A program made the translations under genes and the position numbers. 50,194 bases of DNA from Candidatus Omnitrophota bacterium (GTDB lineage Bacteria > Ratteibacteria > UBA8468 > MWAK01), in the NCBI GenBank assembly GCA_043797665.1, contig JAZDPL010000046.1, forward strand, positions 1 through 50,194, read 5' to 3'. The stretch's first letter is position 1. The number at the start of each line of letters is the position of its first letter. Shown one piece after another: positions 41,881 to 49,657 of this stretch. The notes beneath the pieces are model-generated. The model saw only the letters and a list, made by a program, of their open reading frames with translations. It was not told the origin of the DNA and ran no database searches.

Positions 41881-42896
41881 TATTTCTCTCCCAGTATAAC
41901 CTGCTTCTTACTCAAAGCATAAACAAAAAGAGAACCTCCCAGTATACCGGTAATCACTCCTACCGGTAACTCTAAAGGTGAAATAATTGTCCTTGCCAGG
42001 GTATCACAGAAGATTAAAAAACCTGCTCCGCAAAGGAAAGAACTTACTAAAAGAATCCGATGGTCTCCGCCTACTAACATCCGCACAAAATGGGGAACAA
42101 CCAGTCCCACAAAACCGATTATTCCGGCTATGGATACGCTACAACCGGTAAGGATAGAAGCAAGAATAAAGAGCATCCGCTTGGTTCTTTCTGTATTTAT
42201 ACCCAGGTGTAACGCTTCTTCTTCTCCCAAAGAAAAAGCATTAAGGGTCAAACAGAACTGATAAGAAACAATCAGTCCCAAGATAGAAACTATAACTGCC
42301 AACTTTATAAGAAACCAGTTTGGCTCTTCTAACGAGCCCATTATCCAGAAAATAATCCCGTGCAGGTCTTCCACCCGGGAAACAGCCATAATGAGCATAA
42401 TCAAAGATGAGGCGATAAAACTGAGCATCACTCCGGTAAGAAGCAGTCCCTGAATCTTCAATACACCTCTCCTTGTGCTTAAAAAATATACCAGAAAAAT
42501 AACTAAACCGGCTCCCAGAAAACCAGAAAGAGGTAAAGAAAAAAGACCCAATATATGATTAGATCTTAAGACAATATTTAAAGATACACCCAGGGCTGCT
42601 CCACCTGAAATGCCCAGAGTATATGGTTCAACCAGAGGATTACGGAACATTCCTTGCAGGATAACACCGGCTATACTCAGTGCTCCTCCTATGGCAAACC
42701 CCAGGATAATGCGGGGTAGACGGATATCAAAAAGAATGCTGTATTCCGTAGTACCTCTGCCTTCAAGAAGCACTCCCAAAATCTTCTTCAACGATATATT
42801 CACTGAACCTACACATAAAGAAAAAAGAGAGATTCCCAGAAACAGGCTACCCAAAACTACTATCCAGATTACCCAGCGAATAATTTTCCTTCTCAT
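41880..42896 (-). CDS. btuC: FecCD/BtuC-family ABC permease
   Basis: IRLPRI, FRNPLVEPYTLGISGGA, GIIGFVGLVVPH, ELPVGVIT. Confidence 0.8.
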   Translation of the reverse strand: MRRKIIRWVIWIVVLGSLFLGISLFSLCVGSVNISLKKILGVLLEGRGTTEYSILFDIRLPRIILGFAIGGALSIAGVILQGMFRNPLVEPYTLGISGGAALGVSLNIVLRSNHILGLFSLPLSGFLGAGLVIFLVYFLSTRRGVLKIQGLLLTGVMLSFIASSLIMLIMAVSRVEDLHGIIFWIMGSLEEPNWFLIKLAVIVSILGLIVSYQFCLTLNAFSLGEEEALHLGINTERTKRMLFILASILTGCSVSIAGIIGFVGLVVPHFVRMLVGGDHRILLVSSFLCGAGFLIFCDTLARTIISPLELPVGVITGILGGSLFVYALSKKQVILGEK

Positions 42897-42897
42897 C

Positions 42898-43734
42898 TTA
42901 GGGGCTTAGTTCTGGATGTAAAATATGAGCAATCTCTTCTAATGTCCTGGCAAAAGCCGGTGGTGTAGGACTTGTGAGATTCTCAGTATCCATGATATAA
43001 ATCCGGTCTTTCTTTACCGCGGTCAGTGTCTTATATTCCTCCCAAACCTTTTTTTCTTCTTCGGCGGCAATACCCATGGTGGTAATGATTATTACATCCG
43101 GATTCGCCTTTAAGACCTGTTCTCTTGAGTAGATACCTTCCCTGGCATTTTTAGCAACATTTACTCCGCCGGCAAGTTCAATATAATCACTAACAAAATA
43201 ACGACCCGTTGCTGCAACCAACGGTTTTGTTCCCACCTGAATGAGGACTTTGGATTTAGGCAAACCTTTAACTTTTCCCTTGACGGAATCTACTCTGTTT
43301 TCCGCATCCCTTAAAATCTCTTGCGCCCTTCTTTCTTTACCGACAAGTTTACCCAATTCCAGGAATTGTTCACACATTTGACTGAAATCTTTTGGTGCCG
43401 GAAAAGTAATCACCTTTATTCCTAAACTTTTTAATTTTTCTTTTGCTTCAGGCGCGGTTAAGGATGTGGCTAAGACTACGTCGGGCTCAAGACTTAATAT
43501 CCTTTCTATATTCACCTTTACTACATTACCAATCTTCTCTTTCTTCCTTGCTTCCGGAGGGCTAATGCAATATATGGTGTTGGCTATCAGTTTATCCTCC
43601 ACCCCCAAAAGATATAGTCCTTTGGTTATAGCCGGACCTAAAGAGATTATTCTTTGAGGATAATCCTGAGTATACCCGGAAAGACCGGTACACAAGAGCA
43701 CAAGAGCACAAATAACCGTGACTGGTGGTCTCAA
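42898..43734 (-). CDS. btuF: cobalamin ABC transporter substrate-binding protein (start uncertain)
   Basis: signal peptide, PQRIISLGP, ERILSLEPD, NPDVII, AVKKDRIY; TTG start overlapping the upstream TGA with GGAGGA SD. Confidence 0.78.
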   Translation of the reverse strand: MRPPVTVICALVLLCTGLSGYTQDYPQRIISLGPAITKGLYLLGVEDKLIANTIYCISPPEARKKEKIGNVVKVNIERILSLEPDVVLATSLTAPEAKEKLKSLGIKVITFPAPKDFSQMCEQFLELGKLVGKERRAQEILRDAENRVDSVKGKVKGLPKSKVLIQVGTKPLVAATGRYFVSDYIELAGGVNVAKNAREGIYSREQVLKANPDVIIITTMGIAAEEEKKVWEEYKTLTAVKKDRIYIMDTENLTSPTPPAFARTLEEIAHILHPELSP

Positions 43735-44399
43735 ACAATCCTCCATTTCAATATATCCAGAAACCAACGCTTTTTTTTATATCTCGGCGCACTTTTTGTT
43801 ATTTCAATTCGTTTCTTAAACATAGGGCCATCATAGACAAAGGTATGGTATTCGCCCTTCTCACCGCAGAGGTCAACGTTGTCTGAAAGCCTGAGGTCTT
43901 CAACGAACTTCTGGTTTACCTCCCGGCCCAGCCATTCTTTGCCTAAAAGACCGGCCTGAGTAGTCACCACTGTCGCCCGGAAACCTACATCAATAAATTC
44001 TTTAAGTAAATCTTCTCTCTTCTCTTTCCACAAGGGCAATATCGGCTTTATGCCTACTTCCTTACAAACCCTCTCTATCCAATCACGGTGTTCCTGGAAG
44101 TCAATGTCGCCGAAAACACCTGCCCGGACTCCTTCCTTCACAAAAGATGCAACCGCTTTTTTGAACTCTTCTTCGTAGTCCTGCCGGGTAGTCTTTCTCT
44201 GAACAATGGGAATGCCCATTGCTTGTGCCTGTATCTTCAGCAATTCCGAACCAAGTCCGTGAGAACGGGAACGCATACCATCTTCCGAAACCATATTCAG
44301 AAGATATTTAACTTCAAGATTATGAATCTTCTTTGCCTTATAAAGGGCTAACGATGTATCTTTTCCGCCGCTCCAGGAAACAAACGCTTTCATTCCCAT
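43731..44399 (-). CDS. diphthine-ammonia-ligase-like (Dph6/DUF71) PP-loop ATPase
   Basis: SWSGGKDT, RSRSHG, FGDID, PLW, DLCGEKGEYHTFVYDGP. Confidence 0.88.
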   Translation of the reverse strand: MGMKAFVSWSGGKDTSLALYKAKKIHNLEVKYLLNMVSEDGMRSRSHGLGSELLKIQAQAMGIPIVQRKTTRQDYEEEFKKAVASFVKEGVRAGVFGDIDFQEHRDWIERVCKEVGIKPILPLWKEKREDLLKEFIDVGFRATVVTTQAGLLGKEWLGREVNQKFVEDLRLSDNVDLCGEKGEYHTFVYDGPMFKKRIEITKSAPRYKKKRWFLDILKWRIV

Positions 44400-44411
44400 C
44401 CGTATCCTCCA

Positions 44412-44500
44412 GTAGGGGCGCCATTCATGGCGCCCTACGAAAATTAATTTGTAGGGGTCGGATTTATCCGACCCGCGGGCTCAATAAATTGAGCCCCTAC
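44412..44500. repeat. single GTAG hairpin (44412-44438) plus GTAG REP doublet (44451-44500)
   Basis: gtaggggcgccattcatggcgccctac; gtaggggtcggatttatccgacccgcgggctcaataaattgagcccctac. Confidence 0.88.
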
Positions 44501-44517
44501 ACAATTCTTATGTAAAT

Positions 44518-46083
44518 TTATTTAAATAGTATCTCGTATAACAATCCCATGTTGATGTTTTCTCTCAGGAGTCTGGCCAGTTTGTCAAATTCCTTGTCGG
44601 GATTAAAAAACGAATTCCCGGGTAGCGTAAGCCAACCTTTCTTCTGTCTTATCCTGTTTAAAAACCCCCTCCGGAACGTATCGCTGTCAAACAGTCCGTG
44701 AATGTATGTGCCTAAAACACGGTTATCTTCCCGGCGTAATCCGTCAAAATACCGGTCTTTTTTTCCTTTACGCTCAACAATCTCAAAAAGATGTTTATGT
44801 TTTCCCATATCCCGGCACTTAGAAACACCGTGATGAATCTCGTATCCGGAAATCTCCATCCCTGAGGTTATCTCTTTCGCTCTTACCTGGGTCAGTACCT
44901 TTTCTTTTTCCAGGTAGGTATGGATTGGCAATAGTCCTAAACCTTCCATTTCTTCACCGTTTGATTCCAGGCGGTGTCTGTCGGATATCTTATTACCGAG
45001 CATCTGGTATCCCCCGCAAATTCCTAATATAGACGTTAAAGGATGCGAATTGGTAAGGGAAATTATCTTGCCTGCCAGCCCGGAAATTTTAAGATATTTC
45101 AGGTCAGAACAGGTGTTTTTTGTGCCCGGTATGATTATTAAATCCGGACACCGGAGTTCTTCCGGTTTCCTTATATATCGCAAGACCACGTCATTTTCTT
45201 TTTCCAAGGCATCAAAATCCGTGAAATTGGAGATGTGAGGCAGATTAATCACGGCTACGTCTATCAGTTTTCCACAATCCCCCTTCTCCCCCTTTGCAAA
45301 AGGCGGGTTCCCTTGCCCTCGGATGGGCAAAGGGGGATTGTGGGGGATTTCCTCAAGAGAAACGGAATCTTCTTCGGGTATCTTGATATCTTTAAAATAG
45401 GGAACGACACCTAAGACTTTAATGCCCAGGCGCCTTTCCAAAAATTTTATGGCCGGTGAAAGCAGAGATTTATCTCCCCGGAACTTATTTATGATAATAC
45501 CTTTAACCATCTTCCTCTCTTTTTTTGTTAACAATTCTAATGTTCCGACAATCCAGGCAAAAACCCCGCCCTTATCAATATCACCGACCAGAATTACCGG
45601 TGCCCTGGCATACTCGGCCATTTTCATATTTACAATATCATGCTTCTTCAGGTTTATCTCCGCCGGACTGCCCGCCCCTTCAATTACAACAATGTCATAT
45701 TTTTGGCTCAAACTCCGGAAAGATTCCCTTACTACTTTTTTAAGGTTTTTTTTATGCTTTATATATTCTACCGCCTGCATGTTTCCGCAGGGTTTCCCCC
45801 GGACGATTATCTGAGCCCCCACGTCGCTGGTGGGTTTGATTAAAACCGGATTCATATCCACCGTCGGTTTGATTTTGCATGCCTGCGCCTGGTTTGCCTG
45901 AGCACGGCCCATCTCGCCTCCGTCTTTTGTTACAAAAGAATTCAAGGACATATTCTGGGCCTTAAAAGGACAGACCCGGTAACCATCCTGCAAAAAAATC
46001 CGGCACAGCCCGGTAACTATTACGCTCTTACCTACGCCGGACCCCGTCCCGCAAAATTGTATCGCTTCAGCTCTTATTCTCAT
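44518..46083 (-). CDS. cobQ: cobyric acid synthase
   Basis: GTGSGVGKS, PFKAQNMSLNS, EGAGSPAEINL, ISNFTDFD, GICGGYQMLG, GYEIH, GTYIHG. Confidence 0.95.
   Translation of the reverse strand: MRIRAEAIQFCGTGSGVGKSVIVTGLCRIFLQDGYRVCPFKAQNMSLNSFVTKDGGEMGRAQANQAQACKIKPTVDMNPVLIKPTSDVGAQIIVRGKPCGNMQAVEYIKHKKNLKKVVRESFRSLSQKYDIVVIEGAGSPAEINLKKHDIVNMKMAEYARAPVILVGDIDKGGVFAWIVGTLELLTKKERKMVKGIIINKFRGDKSLLSPAIKFLERRLGIKVLGVVPYFKDIKIPEEDSVSLEEIPHNPPLPIRGQGNPPFAKGEKGDCGKLIDVAVINLPHISNFTDFDALEKENDVVLRYIRKPEELRCPDLIIIPGTKNTCSDLKYLKISGLAGKIISLTNSHPLTSILGICGGYQMLGNKISDRHRLESNGEEMEGLGLLPIHTYLEKEKVLTQVRAKEITSGMEISGYEIHHGVSKCRDMGKHKHLFEIVERKGKKDRYFDGLRREDNRVLGTYIHGLFDSDTFRRGFLNRIRQKKGWLTLPGNSFFNPDKEFDKLARLLRENINMGLLYEILFK
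45276..45349. repeat. AATCCCCC..CCCCCTTT..AAAGGGGG..GGGGGATT palindromic element with a nested 30-bp insert, in-frame within cobQ
   Basis: encodes the non-CobQ-like peptide IPHNPPLPIRGQGNPPFAKGEKGD. Confidence 0.75.
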
Positions 46084-46084
46084 A

Positions 46085-46140
46085 GATTCTTCGGCTTTGC
46101 CCCCTTACCGATTCAACGGTAAGGGAACCCGTAGAATGAC
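46085..46140. repeat. GTC-tagged REP interrupted by a nested hairpin
   Basis: gattcttcggctttgcc[..ccttaccgattcaacggtaagggaacccgt]agaatgac. Confidence 0.7.
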
Positions 46141-46165
46141 AACAATAAAGACTTCTTTAGAAATT

Positions 46166-47353
46166 TCAGATGTATTTGCCCATTATCTTATTCAAGGTAG
46201 TGACCAGCAATTCGTTTTCCCGGCGCGTTCGCACCGCAATACGGATGAATTTATTGCCTGAATTCCGGAAATTGGCGCAGTCTCTTACCAGAAGACCGGC
46301 CTTACCTAACCCGGCAGTTAAACGGGTGGAAGTAATTCCGGGAAGAGCAATCTTCACCAGGATGAAGTTTGCCGCGGAGGGAAAAGGACGCAGACCTTTT
46401 ATCCGGGATATCTCCCGGGACAGAAATTCCCTTTCTCCGGCTATGAGCCGGTACGTCTCGTGAGCGTATCCTTTTTGGGTAAGCATCAATTCTCCGGCCC
46501 GAAGCGCCAGAGCGTTTACGTTCCAGGGCGATAACTTTTTCCGTAAATCACCTACCCTGTCCCGGTGGGCAACCAGGTAACCCAAGCGAAGACCGGCTAA
46601 GGCAAAAAATTTGGTAAAACTTCTGAGAACAATGAGGTTCTTGCGGTCTATCGCTTTCCGCAAGAAGGTGTACTTCTCCTGGTCCGGCAGAAAATCCATA
46701 AAAGCCTCATCAATAACGACCAGTCTTTGAGACAGGTTAAATCCACCAAGGTAGGGGTCGGATTTATCCGACCCGCGGGCCCCGTATAGGAGGCTATCGC
46801 CTTTTACGGGGCGGGCTTGATGAATCAAGCCCCTACATCTTGAATTAATGAGGGGTGTAAATTCCTGCTGGTCGGTCAGAAGAAGGTTACCGGTGGGATT
46901 GTTGGGATTACAGATGAAAATCGCATCGGTCCCATAATCACAAGCCTTTTCAAGATTCAGGGTGAACCCTTCTTTTTCGCTGAGTTTAAAGAAGACCGGT
47001 CTTCCGTCGTTGGCTCTCACCGCCCTCTCGTATTCGGAAAAGGTGGGTACCGGGATAAGGACGCTTCCCGGCCTGAAGGTGGAAATTACCAGATAAATAA
47101 GTTCGTTTGAACCGTTGCCCAAAATAATGTTCTCAGGAGGTATCTCCCAGTACTGACTTATTTTCTTCATCAGACCAATACCTTCCGGGTCAGGATAATG
47201 GAGAATTCTCTTCCAATCCTGAAACAGATCTTCTCTTACCCGGTAAGGCAAGCCCAAGGGGTTGATACTGGCGCTGAAATCAACCATCTTCCTGCCGGTC
47301 CTCTCTTCAGACTCATAGAGCCTGCCGCCGTGAACAAAGTTAAATTGTGCCAT
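46166..47353 (-). CDS. cobD: L-threonine-O-3-phosphate decarboxylase with an in-frame REP insertion
   Basis: HGG, DFSASINPLG, YPDP, GNGSNELI, CNPNNPTG, DEAFMDF, RSFTKFFALAGLRLGY, VRDCANF. Confidence 0.9.
   Translation of the reverse strand: MAQFNFVHGGRLYESEERTGRKMVDFSASINPLGLPYRVREDLFQDWKRILHYPDPEGIGLMKKISQYWEIPPENIILGNGSNELIYLVISTFRPGSVLIPVPTFSEYERAVRANDGRPVFFKLSEKEGFTLNLEKACDYGTDAIFICNPNNPTGNLLLTDQQEFTPLINSRCRGLIHQARPVKGDSLLYGARGSDKSDPYLGGFNLSQRLVVIDEAFMDFLPDQEKYTFLRKAIDRKNLIVLRSFTKFFALAGLRLGYLVAHRDRVGDLRKKLSPWNVNALALRAGELMLTQKGYAHETYRLIAGEREFLSREISRIKGLRPFPSAANFILVKIALPGITSTRLTAGLGKAGLLVRDCANFRNSGNKFIRIAVRTRRENELLVTTLNKIMGKYI
46751..46836. repeat. GTAG REP doublet with a 36-bp nested insert, inside cobD
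   Basis: 50-bp doublet plus ccccgtataggaggctatcgccttttacgggg. Confidence 0.88.
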
Positions 47354-47356
47354 ATA

Positions 47357-47433
47357 GTAGGGGGCGGATTCATCCGCCCCGCGGGCTTGATAAACATGTC
47401 CCTGTATGGGTTAAACAGGGATCAAGCCCCTAC
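47357..47433. repeat. GTAG REP doublet with a 27-bp nested insert in a hairpin loop
   Basis: gtagggggcggattcatccgccccgcgggcttgataaa[catgtccctgtatgggttaaacaggga]tcaagcccctac. Confidence 0.85.
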
Positions 47434-47453
47434 GGTTATTGGTGTCAATTAAC

Positions 47454-48410
47454 TTAATGCGTTTGTATCAGTATTCCCAGAATAAGCGCCAGGAATGAGG
47501 CAAACAGACTGATGTCCAGCGCCTCTCTTATCCGTTCGGCCGTGACGGTTCTCCTCGTCTCACCGAGATAAGGGCGCGGAGAGAACTCACCGGCGTACCA
47601 GGCCGGTCCACCCAGACTTATTCCCAGGGCACCGGCCATCGCGGCTTCAGAAATGCCGCTGTTGGGTGAAGAATGTTTCGGTCCATCCCGAAAGGTTATC
47701 CGCAGAGAATATAGAATATTGCCTTGAGCCACAAAGGCGGAGACAGCGATAATAAATCCGGAAATCCTGGCCGGAATAAAGTTGGCGACATCATCGGCCC
47801 GGGCGGAAAACCAGCCGAATTCACGGTATTTCTCATCCTGATGACCCACCATCGAATCCAGGGTATTGACCGCTTTATAGACCATCGCCCCAACCGGTCC
47901 GGCAATAAAAAGATAAAAAAGCGGGGCGACGATTCCGTCGTTGGTACTTTCCGCTATACTCTCCACCGTTGCGGTTATTATCTGCTCTCGGTCCAAAGAC
48001 TCCGTATCCCGGCCCACAATCCTGGAAAGTTCCTGCCGGGCTTCATTGATAGACCCTGTTTCCAACTTCTTCCGAACCGCTCCTGCTTTCACTGACAGGT
48101 CTTTAATCGCTAACGCGGTATAGCCGAAATATATCCAGCATAAGGTTCCCAACAACGGATGTAATTTAGCGCTGAGTTTCAATGCCAGATAAGTGCCGGA
48201 ACCAACGGTTCCGGTTACCAGAAAGAAGAGAAAAACTCCGTTTATCCGTTTTCTTTTTTCTTTCTGTGTTCCCAATAATTTACGTTCCAGAACAAAAATC
48301 ATCTTCCCGATTCCCCGCACCGGATGGGGGAAACCTTCCGGGTCTCCGAAGAGCAAGTCCGCCAGAAAAGAGACCGGGACCAGCCAGACCGGACTAAGGG
48401 GTTGTAACAT
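47454..48410 (-). CDS. cbiB: adenosylcobinamide-phosphate synthase; 5' end displaced by a MITE
   Basis: DLLFGDP..HPV, IVGRDT, ESIAESTNDGIVAPLFY, YKAVNTLDSMVG, HSSPNSG.SEAAMAGAL; nearest ATG (48410) lies inside the MITE TIR. Confidence 0.9.
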   Translation of the reverse strand: MLQPLSPVWLVPVSFLADLLFGDPEGFPHPVRGIGKMIFVLERKLLGTQKEKRKRINGVFLFFLVTGTVGSGTYLALKLSAKLHPLLGTLCWIYFGYTALAIKDLSVKAGAVRKKLETGSINEARQELSRIVGRDTESLDREQIITATVESIAESTNDGIVAPLFYLFIAGPVGAMVYKAVNTLDSMVGHQDEKYREFGWFSARADDVANFIPARISGFIIAVSAFVAQGNILYSLRITFRDGPKHSSPNSGISEAAMAGALGISLGGPAWYAGEFSPRPYLGETRRTVTAERIREALDISLFASFLALILGILIQTH

Positions 48411-48669
48411 AATAAAGTTGACTATTTGGAGTCCCGGATTTGAGGTCAGTGCAAGGCGCGACAAAAGTTCTGTGCCCACTGTGGCACATAACCGAGGAGC
48501 AACGACGCAATGACCCAAAAATGGGACTCTCCGAAGGACCAGGCCGTTTTGGGCTGCGACTGCGTCACTCATCGCTTGCGTAGTACAGTGACTACGCAAT
48601 CTTCTTCGTTCCTTGTCTCGCTCCAAAATCGCCTCTGGCAAATAGTCAACTTTATTATGTTACAACCCC
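48398..48669. mobile_element. 272-bp MITE-like element, copy 2
   Basis: perfect 31-bp TIRs GGGGTTGTAACATAATAAAGTTGACTATTTG; TAA duplicated at 48395-48397 and 48670-48672. Confidence 0.9.
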
Positions 48670-48675
48670 TAAGAT

Positions 48676-49431
48676 TCAAAAGGCCAACCCCTTAAAGTTA
48701 ATAAGAATTGAAAATCCAAAAAGGACCGCTAATTCCGAAAGCAGGCAGAGAGCACCCAGTACATCACCGGTTACTCCGCCAATAATCCGGCCGGATGCGT
48801 TTCGTACCAGAAGTGTAATAACAATGGTACTGAACAACGCAATCGCGGACAGAAGAGGCATAAAGATAATTACCGGCAAAAGGGTTACGGTTGCCCAGAA
48901 GAACGCCCGGGGCAGAACCGGATAGCAGATGACCGCCAGACCCTCTTCTTTGGCCGGCCGGGAAAAGCTCAAAAGTAAGACCAGTGACCACCGGGAAAAC
49001 GGTCCAGTTAGAAAGAGAAGCCAGGGATTAACGGCAAGACTGCTCAAAAGGTAGAACTGGGCTAAAAGAAAGATGAAGCCGTAAAAGAATCCGAAAGGAC
49101 CGACGTTGCCTTTCTTCATTATCCGTAAACGTTCCTCCCGGTTCTTCTGGCACAAGAATCCATCCAGGGTATCAAGAAGACCGTCAAAGTGAAAAAGGTC
49201 GAAGAGATAGTAGACAACCGCCATTACGAGTAATATGGCAACCGGCGGAAATAGATGAAGGATCCGGGTCAGGTGTAAAAGAATCCAGTAAGTTAATCCC
49301 ACCGCGTAGCCAACCAGGACAAAGAAAGGGACCGCCTCATTAGGGGGCAACCCCTTAAGGTCTCCCGAGGCCCTTATCGGAATCCGGCTCAAAAGCGCAA
49401 ACGCTAACCTAATCTTACGCCACATCTCCAT
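48676..49431 (-). CDS. cobS: adenosylcobinamide-GDP ribazoletransferase
   Basis: LLSRIP, HFDGLLDTLDG, LRIMK...VGPFG, IGGVTGDVLGA. Confidence 0.92.
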   Translation of the reverse strand: MEMWRKIRLAFALLSRIPIRASGDLKGLPPNEAVPFFVLVGYAVGLTYWILLHLTRILHLFPPVAILLVMAVVYYLFDLFHFDGLLDTLDGFLCQKNREERLRIMKKGNVGPFGFFYGFIFLLAQFYLLSSLAVNPWLLFLTGPFSRWSLVLLLSFSRPAKEEGLAVICYPVLPRAFFWATVTLLPVIIFMPLLSAIALFSTIVITLLVRNASGRIIGGVTGDVLGALCLLSELAVLFGFSILINFKGLAF

Positions 49432-49473
49432 TTCTCATTTCTCCCTATACCACAACCTACCAACAAGAATGCT

Positions 49474-49657
49474 GTCTCCCGTCAGCCAGTTACTTGGACG
49501 GACGTCGTGGAGCCGCAGCGGGCATGGTTTCCGGCAAAGCCGGAAGAGCCAGGCGGAACGCCGAGCACGGGTACCCTATCCATTGAATTGGATAGGGAGT
49601 TAACTCTCGCTGGGAGTTAACGAGCGTTCCGGACAAGGAAGCTGGCTGACGGGAGAC
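49474..49657. mobile_element. 184-bp TIR-bounded non-coding element (MITE-like)
   Basis: perfect 16-bp TIR GTCTCCCGTCAGCCAG (imperfect to ~23 bp); CT on both flanks; several internal hairpins; abuts the cobT stop. Confidence 0.65.

Noticed and set aside
48411..48641. 77-aa N-terminal extension of CbiB in the ORF track
   Set aside because: Entirely MITE-derived; not CbiB sequence.
49432..49657. Cobalamin riboswitch between cobT and cobS
   Set aside because: No recognisable B12-box (GGGAA..GCCACTG..GGAAG) on the coding strand; the segment is bounded by TIRs instead.
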